A DNA stretch of 64,000 nt, taken from assembly GCA_035084275.1 (NCBI GenBank), contig CM068755.1, positions 13,082,001 to 13,146,000 of the forward strand. Direction: 5' to 3'. This DNA comes from Hydrolagus colliei (Eukaryota). Of the stretch, positions 50,511 through 63,095 are shown piece by piece. Numbering within the stretch: position 1 is the first letter of the stretch; the number at the start of each line of letters is the position of its first letter. The translations under genes and the position numbers were made by a program. Under the pieces are notes generated by a model, which saw nothing but the letters and a program-made list of their open reading frames with translations, was not told the DNA's origin and ran no database searches.

Positions 50511-51150
50511 CAGAGGAAGAAATTCCCACAAAATGAAAAGCGTAATTTTCCTCTTCTCTCAGGTCAAGGCATTCAACGATCAGCGCAACTCTTGACAAGG
50601 TGGTTTCGTTCCTTTTTTTCAAAAGCGCTTTGACAATTTGGCAATATAACGATATGCAACTGTGACATTTTCAACACTCATTAAAAATTTACCTATGACC
50701 AGTGTGCAACACGAGTACTTGTGATCGCACAGTCACTCTTAAGAGCATGGGTAGACCAAGTTTGCATGGCATTCTATTGAGAGATAGACAAAGTCAGCAG
50801 TCAGTCTAACATGTCACATGCGCACTCCAGTACAATGCTTGATAGTACACATATTTGGGCCTGCTTCAGCCCGCTCTGCTCCGCATACTCCATTAGACAC
50901 AAGACAGTTTGAGCTAAATGGCTATTATATGACAAAAGCAGTACAAAAGCCTTGGATTAGAGTCACCCATTTGCCCCACAGCTAGTGCCGCAGGCTGCAG
51001 TCAGCTAGTGAAGCTACATTTTTGGCTGCAATAGGAAAAAAGATGAGACCGAATTTAGATTTGCATTTTTCACAACACAACATACGCTTTTCTTACAAAG
51101 CAGCTCCAGGACACTGCCAGTCACTCTGTGTTTTACCCCCAGAAACTCAC

Positions 51151-51254
51151 CTCTTCAGCATTCCCCTCTTTTTGGCAATGGTGAGGTTCCTTCAAAGGTT
51201 TTGGCAGAGGCCAGAGAGGAACTCTGGCTCCCTCAGCCAAAGAACAGTGGGTAC
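51151..51254 (-). other. candidate exon, 104 nt (coding or UTR)
   Basis: Polypyrimidine tract ttaatgttctcccccccttccccctctccgag, donor GAG|gtgagt, one open frame THCSLAEGARVPLWPLPKPLKEPHHCQKEGNAEE. A GAG acceptor is atypical. Confidence 0.2.
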
Positions 51255-51304
51255 CTCGGAGAGGGGGAAGGGGGGGAGAACATTAACAGAAAAACTGTCA
51301 GGTT

Positions 51305-51700
51305 GGCTTTTGACAATGGCTCAGTAGGTAAACCAGTGACACTGAACTAAACAGATTGCAATAATCTGAGGTTCAGTTCCTGCTCTCTGGTTCGTTAATT
51401 TATTTCAGCAAAGAGTGCAATATTGCTATGGTCATCCGGCTTGAAATAGTTTCTAAAAAAAAATGAACTAGTGTACCTATTATTGATTGTTATCCCGGTA
51501 ACCCTGCTATAGCGTGCATACTACAGAGGAAAGGACTGCCTCGGCTATAATAGCCCCCTGTGCTTAAATAACCTGCCAATGCTCACTGTTATGGCTCACA
51601 CCTGAGGAATGGCCTTGGAGAAAAAAGTAGAGAGCTGCTGGTATCTTCAGACACATATAGCCACTCGTATCCCCGCCTTCAGGACACCAGAAATTCAAAG
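51305..51700 (+). mobile_element. near full-length LF-SINE-like element
   Basis: tggctcagtaggtaa...ggttcagttcctg...ctcggctataatagcccc...aataacctgccaatgctcactgttatggctcacacctgaggaatggcc...cgccttcagga. Confidence 0.7.
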
Positions 51701-52069
51701 TGGATGAAGAATAAAGAAAAGTATAAGAAGTTTTAATCCAAACGCAACCCAGATATTCAATAGGTTAATTGTAGAGGTATACATTTTGTAGGCCACGTGG
51801 AAAGCCTGTAGGAGATCAAATAGGAGAGGACAAACTTAATTTCAGTTTCTAAAGTGGATGATAACAAAACTATCCATGGTTTCTCAAAGGAACTAATTCC
51901 TGCCTCCAAAAATATCATCAAGCAAATTACTGTAAAACAACACTTGTGGGTGTGATTACAAGGAGCTGAGGCAAAGGACACTCAAGGAAATGTGCAATTT
52001 TCATATTTCCATTCATTTCAATGAGGTGACGTGCCTCTCATTTCACAGGAGGTATTGAACGAACGAAGG

Positions 52070-52091
52070 AACAAACAAACAAACAAACAAA
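52070..52091 (+). repeat. (AAAC)n microsatellite
   Basis: aacaaacaaacaaacaaacaaa. Confidence 0.85.
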
Positions 52092-53485
52092 GAAATAAAA
52101 GCAAACCTTGAAATAAACTTGAATGAAGACGTTGCAGAAGATGGATTAACCCTTTGAACACGCTCCAAAAATCCAGGGCTCTACCCTTAAAAAGAGTGTT
52201 TGCTGTCAGATAATGAGGTTGTCAAAACAGATCACAAGAGTGGAGTTTCATAGGCATTAGACGGTTTAAAAAAGTATCTTATTAAAGTCATCAGAGGCGT
52301 AACATTTGTTTTCTGAACACAGAGATTAAAATGACAATGTTTCCACACATGAAAGAAACTGGTGCGATGATGTGATTCCAGGTACCTGAAGATAGAATTT
52401 ATTGCTAATAAAACAACTGGGGTTTTTTTCCCTTGCGGCTAATATCTAACAATTTCCTCTGAACTTTATAAATTAACACAAGTAAAAGGCTGCAGTTGCC
52501 ACTTATTTGCCTCGCACGCTATTAAAAGCCCCTTGTGAAAAATTGAGCAACTTCATCCAACACATAATCTGGATCAACCCTGCTGTTGACATTATGCAGA
52601 CCTTTCTAAAGGTGGAAGGTAAGCCCTCCGTCTTTGTTCCAGTACCAATACAGACTATGCTCACACAATAAACTGTTTTGTGCTTGCTCAGACCTATGCA
52701 TTTAAGGCTCTGTTGTAATTCAGCCTCCATCTGCAAAATGGATCCAACAGCAGTTAAGCACAACAGAAAGAAAGCTTCCTTTTCAGCTCCACCACGTCTA
52801 ACATTTCTATTGGATTTACCTGCTAAAATTATCTGCATGCATAACAACAGGTGAAAACTACACTAAGTATTAAATCCTGGCAGCTATCAGCTATCTGTAA
52901 CCTGATACCTTTTAACATTGAGAATAGAGGCCTGTTGGTCCATGTTCTGTGATACTAAATATTTGTCTACATGTGCAAACTGGTATATTAATGTTAAAAA
53001 GTCACACTGTGTTTGCAAATTAGTCTTTATATTCTCACTGCCTTTTGATCCAACACAAACCGAAGATTTATTTTTGAAACTTTCAACCTTACGCAAGTAG
53101 CCTTTTCATCTTGTAGGGTCAGTGATTCGCTGTACCTGAAGCAAAGTACAAGACGGACAAGTTGGTGTGAATTGAATGCCTGCCTGTGCTGTCATCACCT
53201 TCCAATTAGTTGCAGTTTATTGTAGTATTTGATGAAAGAACTTGTCAGCAGGTGAAGTGAAGTGTCTGAAAGGTGCTCCACCCAGGCAGACCTGTCCAAC
53301 ACAACGGACTTAGCCCATTGTCAATTGGCTAAATCAGAATACTTGGTAGACTGTCAATTGAGTGGTTTTAAAAGACAGTAATTTTACAACTAAAACCGCG
53401 CTGCTACATCTGAACCTAATTCGCCGTTGTTCGGGATCTTGGGTGCTAGAATTATTTCTAATAACCAGTGAATTGTGTGCCATAA

Positions 53486-53789
53486 TGGACTTCTGTAGAG
53501 CAGTGGTTACAGCACTCGTCTTACAAGCGAGAGACCTGGGTTCAATTCCAGACAGGGTGAAACTTTGGGCAAAGTTACTCCACATGCCCAATAATAATCC
53601 TTCATTCAATAATGAATTGGTAATTTCAATCCACAACTGTTTGTGGGACACTGCTGTGCGCAATTGGCTCCTGTGTTTTGCCATATATGTATACAGTCAA
53701 TTCACTTTGCAGTATATTCTGTGAAGCACTTTGAGACGTCCAGAAGACATGAAGAGCACTATATCAAATGCAAGAATTATTATTATTAT
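53486..53789 (+). mobile_element. full-length family A SINE
   Basis: ctgtagagcagtggttacagcactcgtcttacaagcgagagacctgggttcaattccag...tgtgggacactgctgtgcgcaattggct...atcaaatgcaagaatt(att)n. Confidence 0.92.
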
Positions 53790-54625
53790 GTTAACAGAAT
53801 AATTGTTTGGGTTAGTGGGGGTGGGGGTTGGGTTAAAAATTTAATTTTAACAAGCACTGCTTTTTCAAGTTATCGCAGAGGCATGAAGCTTTACTCCAGT
53901 GCTTTAAAGTCGGTTTAACCAAAGTGGTTTAAGGGCATTTCTTTCATTGTATGTAAAGTGTAGCCTCGTTGTAGCAGCTCTTGTGAACACAGGTGGTGCT
54001 AACATCTATTACCTTTGTACAGTCTTCGCTGAACAAATAATCAGGACTGGTATGCAAATAGAAGATGATTAATGGGAAAACAATCAGGCCTGTTTCATAC
54101 CTCCTCTGCTATCTTCTGCCAGAATTTTTTGGACCATTTATCAAGTAATGTTGCAAGATTTCAGTCAGGTTGATGAAGTAAGAACATAATGTGGCAGATT
54201 TTAAAAACTGCCCCCAGCATAAATAAAACAATCCTGCTCCACTTTATTATTTATATTGGAGAGGAAGCATCATTAGCACAAATGGCAAAGAACCTTGAGA
54301 GGATGAGTGTATGTTTGAATGTAATACAATGTTGAGGTGAAAAATGGGATGTTTCATAACTGGCTTCTATCTGGCAATTATCACACTCATTCTCCTCTGA
54401 AATATCATGTTTGTTCACCCCATTATTTCATGTTAACACAATCAGATTAGTGCCCAGTATTCAACTCTATTTACAGAAGGTAATATTTTATATATACTGG
54501 TTGAACCCCTTCCTTTTCAGTGGTTTATTTTTAGGCAGCATGAAGGTCTGACACATTCAGGAACCCACCACAATGCTTAAGAGTATTCAAACCTAACTGG
54601 GATTTCATTTCATCCCCTACACTTA

Positions 54626-54800
54626 TTAATAATAATAATCCTTGCATTTGATATAGCACTTTTCACGTCGTCTAGACGTCTCAAAGTACTTCACAGAGTA
54701 TACTGTAAAGTCAATTGACTGTATATATGCGGTGATGAAAACTCCTATGTATCCTTTGCATGAGACATTAAATCAAGGACCCGCCTGCCTGTTCGGGTGT
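54626..54800. mobile_element. family A SINE tail (-, 54626-54735) next to a family B Deu fragment (+, about 54745-54800)
   Basis: (aat)n ccttgcatttgatatagcacttttcacgtcgtctagacgtctcaaag..., then catgagacattaaatcaaggacccgcctgcctgttcgggtg. Confidence 0.8.
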
Positions 54801-55814
54801 ATTGTTCGAATGTATCTTGCAGGATAACAAGAACCAAGGCTTGGGACCCCAAGTGTTCCCAGAGTGTGTGTTGGGATACTGCTACAGACCTTCTCAGTCC
54901 TCTATCTATGATCAATTGGTCACAAAGTCTGCTTTAACGAATGAATGACAAGCTCTCTTCTTGTTGCTTTTTAAACAATTTAATAACATTTGCGGAGTGG
55001 GAAAAGAAAAATATTAGTTAACTGATTTATTAAACATTGTATTTTCTCAGGTGCACACACAGGGCGGTTGTATGTTAATGGTAGGTATGTCTTTTAGTTA
55101 CAGGGACCCTTTGTTTCCATCCAGGTCTGATGAGCTGGAATAAAGTTTCTCCCTATGGATCATCATCTCTTATGTGATCTGTGAGGTCGACGCATCTCAG
55201 ACCTTTTCACGGTGAGACTCTGGCTGCCCATCATTCACCAATAATCGAGTCTCACTCAAGGAGGCTGAAAACAAGGCTGTGACAGAGGAGAGAAAAAAAA
55301 ATTATGCTGGGTTCAATAACGGGTGCTATCTGCGTGTGAAAATAAAGGGATGTTTTGAAGGGAGAGTCGAGGGAGCTTTGCTCTGCATATGGTTGTGTTA
55401 CACCTGACCTATGAATGCTCAATGCTGACAATGAGCAATATAAGTGTTTCTTTCTCCAGCAGTGACATTCCTTACTTAAATCACAGAGGCAAACAGCAGG
55501 TAACCAACAGGCTTATCGAAACATTAGAAAGTTCAGCTCCCAATAAGAATAACCAAGAATGGAAATTCCAGGGACTATACCCAGTGCAGGTAGATTTCAC
55601 ATGTGTTAATATGTTCATAAAGCAGGTGTATAGGTCTTGGGTTCAAATATAAAATTATGTTTTACTTGGAGGAGCACATATATTTTTTATTTAAAAAAAG
55701 GCAGTTTATACTTATTTAAATGACTATTGGGTAGAAATTGCAATGTGTGATGATGATGAAAATGATGATGATAATAATATAAATATATAACCCTTGTAAA
55801 ATAGGGGTTATATA

Positions 55815-55982
55815 AAAATAACCCTTGTATTTGGTATTACTTTGGGAAGATAGCTCAAAGCATTTCACACCGCTGTGAATTCTATGCTATACTAACGCGT
55901 ATAGACTGTATTTTGTAGGCAAACACAGCAACCAATTTGCTCACAGCAATGTCCCACAAACAGACACAAAGTGAATGACCAC
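55815..55982 (-). mobile_element. Deu-SINE 3' fragment
   Basis: ttgtaggcaaacacagcaaccaatttgctcacagcaatgtcccacaaacag...gtgaatgacca. Confidence 0.8.
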
Positions 55983-56689
55983 ATTGATCTAGCTATTATA
56001 TCTATTTCACTTATAGCCCTCTTCGTTTAAATCTTTCCCACCTATGCTCCTTACATTGTTACTTTCAGTAATTATTGGAGTACATTAAAGGACTGTGAGC
56101 AATGTCTTGCATGCTACAGAGATAAAACAAATATATACATGTCAATCTGTTCGGGTGCCCCATCATAGGATTGAGTGTACAATCAATCACAGTGAGTAGA
56201 AAGCATGTAAACAGTGGATCGCATTCGCAGTCCCACAAGTGGAGATCAGATCAGTTTGTCTCTGCACACAATCAGAATGTAGTCGGACTGTCTCAACAAT
56301 GCTGCCTTGTGGGAGCCGTACAGACAAGCATGTTATAGTGAGTGATATTATGAAGAAGGTTTTATCCTTTCTCTATTAATGAGGAAGGTATAAACATCAT
56401 GCTGCAACAGAGCCCTATTATATTTGAGCAGCTTTCTTTAGGTAGGGGAGCAGTGTATCTATGCAGCATGTGAATTTTTCATGCTTACATGCTTTCATCA
56501 TTTGATTTGGCTGCAGTATTATACTATATTCTGTGGGCACTTCATATTTCATGCTGTTATATAGTGTTTTTAACTCCACAAAATTAGATTTGCATATAAA
56601 AGAGATAATATTATGATACAAGAGAGATAGTTCAGTAATGCCGCTCATGTGAACATTACATTTTATAACACAGGGCAAAATGGGCCAAA

Positions 56690-56880
56690 TAAACATTCAA
56701 ATAAGAATTGATTACATTTGCAGCAAAGTGAATAGCATTTTTATTCAGATGCTGCAGAGCAGTGGGTTTAACCGGTCAATACGTCATAAATCCTGCAAGA
56801 TCATGGATGTCTTTAAGTGCTAGAACGTTTGCAGGATCACAGATGTAAAAATGTAACACTCATTTTCGGAATTACTCTGC
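56690..56880. promoter_or_regulatory. putative conserved non-coding element
   Basis: Posterior Hox/Cdx-type gtcataaa and ttttatt, 9-bp inverted repeat atcctgcaa/ttgcaggat, retained CpGs. Confidence 0.25.
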
Positions 56881-57399
56881 TGAACAAACACACACACACA
56901 CAAACATTCGGTGACAACAATAGCAAGAACTCAAAAGATTTTTCTTTGAAAATATAGTAAGAATAATTTGTCATTGGTTATATATTTTTTGGGGGGTGGG
57001 AAGGTGGGGAGAAGCTAGATCTGCCATCGTGTCTCCAAACCAACATTAATTACATGTTCACCTTTCACCTTATGTTGAGTGCTCTGATCGGCCCAGGTCA
57101 TGTATAAATTGTCTCTCTAGCCTCTGCTGAAAATTCCACAACATTCAGTACCCGACAGTGATGTGTGAAAATTGACATGAAGATTTTAAAATTGGGACCA
57201 AGGGAGCTCAAGCATAAAATAACTTCAATCTAGTGTGCTCTCTGAGGAATTACGCAGAGACCCAACCAACAACAAAAGTATAGGAGAAGGTATGAGTTAT
57301 TAGTGAAAAAAACACTTCTCCTGCACAAACAGAAGGGATGATCAATGGACTTAGTCAGTGAGATATTCAAGCAGAAAATTGCAGCTGTATTTTTTTTTC

Positions 57400-57780
57400 T
57401 TTTCGTCAATGCGGTGATGCACTGCCAAAATCTACCCACCCCCAAAAAGGGAAGCTATAAAGCAGTGTTAGGAAAGGGTAGCACGGCATACTTAAATTAT
57501 CGAGAAAAGTCCTTTAAAGTAGGTTTTAATTATTGCAGCAGATTTAGTGCCGGTGTTTGCCGTCTGCCTGTTCGAGGTTGTAAAAAGGAAGGGACACCGA
57601 TCAGATGCTCCATGAGTGAGGTTGTTTTAAAAGCAGCTTTGAGAAAGCCTCTAATTGCTTACCCTATAAAAGTCATTTATCTCCTGGCACTGCTGTAATA
57701 TGGGAAATCCATTGCTGATTCTCACATTTTTCAATGGTTCAGCTAATAACGTCTTGCTAAGGGAAAACTGATACGAGCTT
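57400..57780. promoter_or_regulatory. putative conserved non-coding element
   Basis: Complex, CpG-retaining, non-repetitive block with homeodomain cores (ttttaattatt, ctaattg, catttat), bounded by T-rich and (AT)n runs. Confidence 0.3.
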
Positions 57781-59277
57781 ACATATATATATATATATAA
57801 AAACTCAAGACAAGCTGGAAAATCCACGGCTATTCTGCTATCAGTACCAGAGAATCAAATGCAAAAGGCACCTTCTCCACAAAGGTACTGGCATTCACTA
57901 AGGTTAATCTGCATCTATTTCTACTCTGAGAATTGGTAATGTTTTAATAGCCAGTTATTAATAGTGCCGGAGTGAACCTTTGACTGGTAAACTCTTCTTT
58001 ACAAGTGCTAATCAAATTATCTCTTTCAGTTTGAGTTGCTTATGATCAAAGTGCAAGGATGAACAAATGAAATGAATATTTTGTTTTCATGCTCATTTCT
58101 GCTATGTGCCCCTTATTCTCTGTCCCCTCCCCCACTCTCTCTCTCTCTCCTTCTCACTCGCTCTGCATTCTAAAGCAAGGACTGCAAAGCTTTAGTTCTA
58201 GTAGGACATTTTGCCTTCATCAAGTTGAAGAAATTTTAGTTCTAAAAGGTTCCCTTTCTCTCTCTAGATTTGCATCTGAGTTTTCTCTCTGTACTTTTGA
58301 ATGCTGGAAATTCACACTTGGTAACTTGTCCAAACGATCGTTCTGATGTGTGAACAGTGAGAGATGATGATCTTATGAGGTAATGGGAGGTGACAAGAAC
58401 TGAGTCCAACAATGTCCTCACTGTCCACACACAGCAGTGGTCATTGCACAGCCATCGTGGCAAAGGATTTGTCCATTTTTTTACCTCTCTTGGCTCAGCT
58501 AAGGCTGACTGTAGCACTTCCACCACCATTCTGCTCCTCCACCCCACCCCCCATTGCTGCCACAGTTTATTGGCTAACTCATCAAATCACAGGGATCAAT
58601 CATGAAATTCCTGTTGGTTTGCATGGCTCTGTGCCACATTGAACAGTGTGTTTACCCACCAAGCTCTCTGAAGTCTTGGATCTTTGTTGGTATGGATAGA
58701 GTGAAAGCACACTGAGGTCTACTACATATCTGCCAGGAACCAGAAATGTACCACTGCAACCCAAGGGAACTCCACTCGAACGCAATCAAATTCTACAGTG
58801 ATTACACCCACACCCGCACACACCCAAACAATCTCAATGCCTGTTTTTTTTAAAAAGGCATTAAAACTGTTGTTTTGGGTTTAGAACATAGAGCAGCCTT
58901 TCAAAATGAGATGAGCACAGCTGGAGTAAGCAAAGGCATGTGTCCTGGATGCACAACCAAAAGCCATCACATCAATCAAAATAAGCGCAAGAGAGAAACG
59001 TAGGAGAAAAATTGATTTTATCTCAAACATCTCAATTTTTTTTGCTTCTATTTCTTATAACACTGAAAAGTCATGAACTATTTCAAGGAGCTCAGAGTAT
59101 GATTTTATTTGAGGTTATGATATTTCTTTTGAGATACATCACAATGTTATAAAAATCGTCTTATTTAAGGTCTGGATTAAATCCGTGATTCTGTGGAAAA
59201 GCTTTATCTTTTCTATCTTAATCAGTCAAAAAGACTTTCTACAATTTGCTTAGCTCTGTTGCCCTGTCAGCTAAACA

Positions 59278-59450
59278 TGATAATCATCCTTGCATTTTTT
59301 TTATGGTGCCTTTCACGTCAGCACGATGACTTAAAGTGCTTCACTGGATTCACCGTGAGGTATAGTATGTTTTTGTAGGCAAATGCTGCAGCCAAAAGGA
59401 GCACAGAAATGTCCCTCAAATAGCCATGAAGTGAATGGCAAATTTAATTT
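59278..59450 (-). mobile_element. Deu-SINE 3' fragment
   Basis: atcatccttgcattt...gtgcctttcacgtc...aaagtgcttcac...gcagccaa...aatgtccctcaaatagccatgaagtgaatg. Confidence 0.8.
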
Positions 59451-62400
59451 GAGTGGAATTGTTACAAGAGAAATTGATAAAACAACAGCAGCACAATGAA
59501 TATGGGGTTTAAATCATAATATTTAGATATAATTAGAAGCTCACAAAAAATTAATAACTGCGCTGAAATTCCCGTTTACATTTGATTCCAATTCAGGTCA
59601 TCTGTTAATAACTATAGGTACTTAAAGCATTTGAACATTAGAAATAAATTTTGCAATCATTTTGACATGGGTATCATAGGGTTATGGATTGCTGTTAAGC
59701 AGTATAGTGGTAAAATATTGACCTGAGGGTTAAAGAACTGGCTGCATGTGCTATAATGTCTGAACCCAAAGGCTGAGAACATTATTATACACACAAGGTC
59801 ACTTCTGTAACCTGAGGGGTAACTGTTTACCATTAGGTTGCAGTCAACATCTGTTTCATTATTCCTTTGTGCTGACATTTGTTTTTCAAATAAGAAGCTT
59901 TTTAATACATTGTGCACGGGTTGTGGCAGGTCTTGGTAACATCAATGCCATTATTGCCTATGCTATTGCCTGCAGAAGTCACTCACTGAAAAATACGGTC
60001 TCAGATAGAAATCGCCAGGTTGGATTCCTTATTGGCTCACTGTATTAATAAAATTAGCTTGTCTCACGAATGGCTGAACCCCTCACAATCGCAGTTTTCA
60101 ATGTTAACACTGCAAAGATGGAATAAAACTGATTCCATTCATAAACTGGTGGGTGAAAACTTACATTTCCCTACAACTTCTTGCAAGGTGAGTTTGTTTG
60201 ATTGCAAGCCCTGCCTGTCCCATCGAGATCAGGACTTCTTGCACTTTCTAATTTCCAACCAGTCTAACAATGTATTGATCAATCCATCCTCCTACCACGC
60301 AACAGCCGGCAACTGCAATGAGCTTGGTTCAGGGTTTATGTCCAAGTGAATCAACAAAGTGGAAACCAAAACACACGGCAGTGTTTCCAGTAATATGAAT
60401 CGGTGACACCTCAAGTCCGACCACTGTGCTTCATGACACCAGGTTACCTGTATCAATGCTGGTAGATGCACCAAGACTCAAAAGGTTATTGATCCAGGCC
60501 AGAGGCAAGAATTCTAGGTCACAGGGAATTAGGGGAATTGTACCCTATCTTTGTGATCACACCTGCAGCCTATACAAAAACAGTGTGTGTCAGTGCAAAT
60601 AAAGATTGTGCTAATTCCAGTACAGGAAAATTGGACCGTTGGTCTCAGAGGGGGATAATGTTTGTGCAATTATAATGATACTGGGAAGGAACAACACACA
60701 CAAAAAAAAAGCTTGAATATCACTGTTCCTTTCCTATCTACTGACGCAGGCAGTACATTCATTTCTGTTTAAATGCAGTGCCACATTTTCACAACCGGGA
60801 ATGAAATCATCAGTCAAAGAATAGTAATTAATAGAACAAGTAGATAAGCAGAAAGTAAATCCACCCACGATGAAATCTCTTTTTAACGCTCAGTAGGATA
60901 TTGCTTTCCTGTTTGCCTGTGGCTTGTATTTTGGTGCTGTGTTTAGAAAATTTAGAGTGCATTACGGATAATGCAGTAATTGGTAAATGTGCACCAAAGC
61001 ACCCTGCAGCTTCTTCTGAAGGCATCATCTGTCTCCGTTCTAACCCTCATAGCTCTTGCAACTGGTTAGATCCAATTAAAACCCTGCAGACTATTTGTCA
61101 AGGAAAAAACTGGAACCCAATATTTGTTTTAAAATAATTGGCATGCAAATAGCTGCAAATGAGAAACAATGCAATGGAGACAACACAGAATCCATTGCGC
61201 TGTCAGAACGCAACCTATCACTGTTACTAATCTACAGTTTCCATATTCCATCTAAAAAGGAAATGCCTGCATTATTTAAGCTCTTTAATGTCATGCTACA
61301 TTCTTTGATTTAACACTAGTTACACACAGCTCACTAAAGGAGTGGTATAGACCTATTTCATGCTCTGGAAGATAACAGTTGTTTATTAACTACGTTTGTA
61401 AAAGGCAGTGTCACCGCTACACAGATTTTTTAAAATATCTTAATCTGTAATCTTTGATGTGTCAACACATTTATTTCAAGCATTGAAATAAAGAGCTTGC
61501 GTGACACTTTACAGTTGAAGATGTGCCTTGTATATTAACCGGAATCTTAAATTACAAATAAGACGCCTTGAAAGTTCCCACAGTCTCGAGCAGTTTATGA
61601 TTTGAGCCGTAAATTAGAATCCTTTCTCTTTAAAGTGTTAAGTAGCATCTTTAAACATATGCTCTCACCAATTATTTAATGCTTCACCTGCTTGCGGTGT
61701 TCAGTTGAGGAGCGACATAAGGAAGAGAGGCTAAAGCCACAATTACATAACGGGTGAATCTCAAAGGTTTTGGACCCAGTGGAAAGAAAGACGGAATGTG
61801 GGGGCGTTGGGGTGGGAGGGGTTCTAACTTGTTTTTTGCTTATTTTATCTTTATGGTTTGTTTCTTATCTAAACAAGAAAAAAAATAGCTTATTGGGTTT
61901 AGTCCCACAGTAGCATTTGTGAGCGAGGGTTTGTACATCTCAAGGGCATTCTGCCTGAAATTACACACACTACGGAACCATTTATCATTGGCTGACATGT
62001 GTCATGTTCCAGACTGGAGCAGGGAGAGGTTACAAGTGAAGACTGCTCCTTTGTTGATCAGCATCGAAGACAACATAAGCACTTATTTAAGAAAATAATA
62101 AAAATCGGAGGGGAGGAGGGCGTGGGGGGAGGATTTAGCAGCACAAATAGCGCAAAATTCAATTTATATTTTGCCGTTAAATACTGACTTTTTTTCGCAT
62201 TTGAAATTGGTTGATATCGGTCTGTTTAGAAAGTGGCAATTATTTAAATTCCGTAAATTAAAAATAGTACAGGTTAATTCAAGGCATAACAAAAGGAGCT
62301 CCCGGTTGTGGTGGCTTTTCAAACCTTTCTTGCCTTTACTGCCGTGAAAGGAGTGGGTAGCACGTGCACTGTAACAGTGCAATAACATTTGTCTGACATG

Positions 62401-62899
62401 CTAAAGCTTCATGATTTTTTAACGCAAAAGGTTTGTTGGTGGAGCCACACTTGGTGTGTCTTGGCTGTGGTTCACCCTAGACCATTATTAAAAAAAAACT
62501 TCTTCACCTTTGACGTTTGATGGTTCAACTAAACCCTGTTTACAAAGATGTACAAAGGTTTATTTTCAGGTTTGAAACATTTAAGTGTGGATTATGTCCG
62601 TCCTTAAATCTATATTATTTCTGAAACACATATCCCCACAGGCTTGCTTTCAAGTGACTTAATCTGGTTAAGGTACCGTTTCCGTAATTTGTATTGAGTG
62701 TTTTGACTCTTGAAACCACATTTGTAAATATTCACTCAGTTTGACATCTGAGATATTGAAAATAATATTTTGTTTGAAGACATAACACATCAATGTGCTA
62801 CTCTTCTTACGGGTCAAAGAGTTTGAAGCCAATACATTTTAGCATGTGGACTTTGGATTGAATCTATTGAATGAGTTTTTAAAATGCGGCTTAACCCAG

Positions 62900-63095
62900 A
62901 TATAGGAACATAGGAACAGATGTATGCCATTCAGCCCCTTGAGCCTGTTCTGCCATTTATATAAGATCGTGGCTGATATGTACCTCAATTCCAATTAACC
63001 CCATTCCCTTCAACCCCTGCCCCATTTCGATCGATACCCTTACCTAACAAAAGTCTCTCCTTCTCAGTCTTGAAAATTTTAATGGATTCAGCATA
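62900..63095 (-). mobile_element. CR1 LINE 3' end
   Basis: ataggaacataggaacagatgtatgccattcagccccttgagcctgttctgccatt..taagatcgtggctgat; typical chondrichthyan CR1 terminus with an 8-bp repeat tail. Confidence 0.85.
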
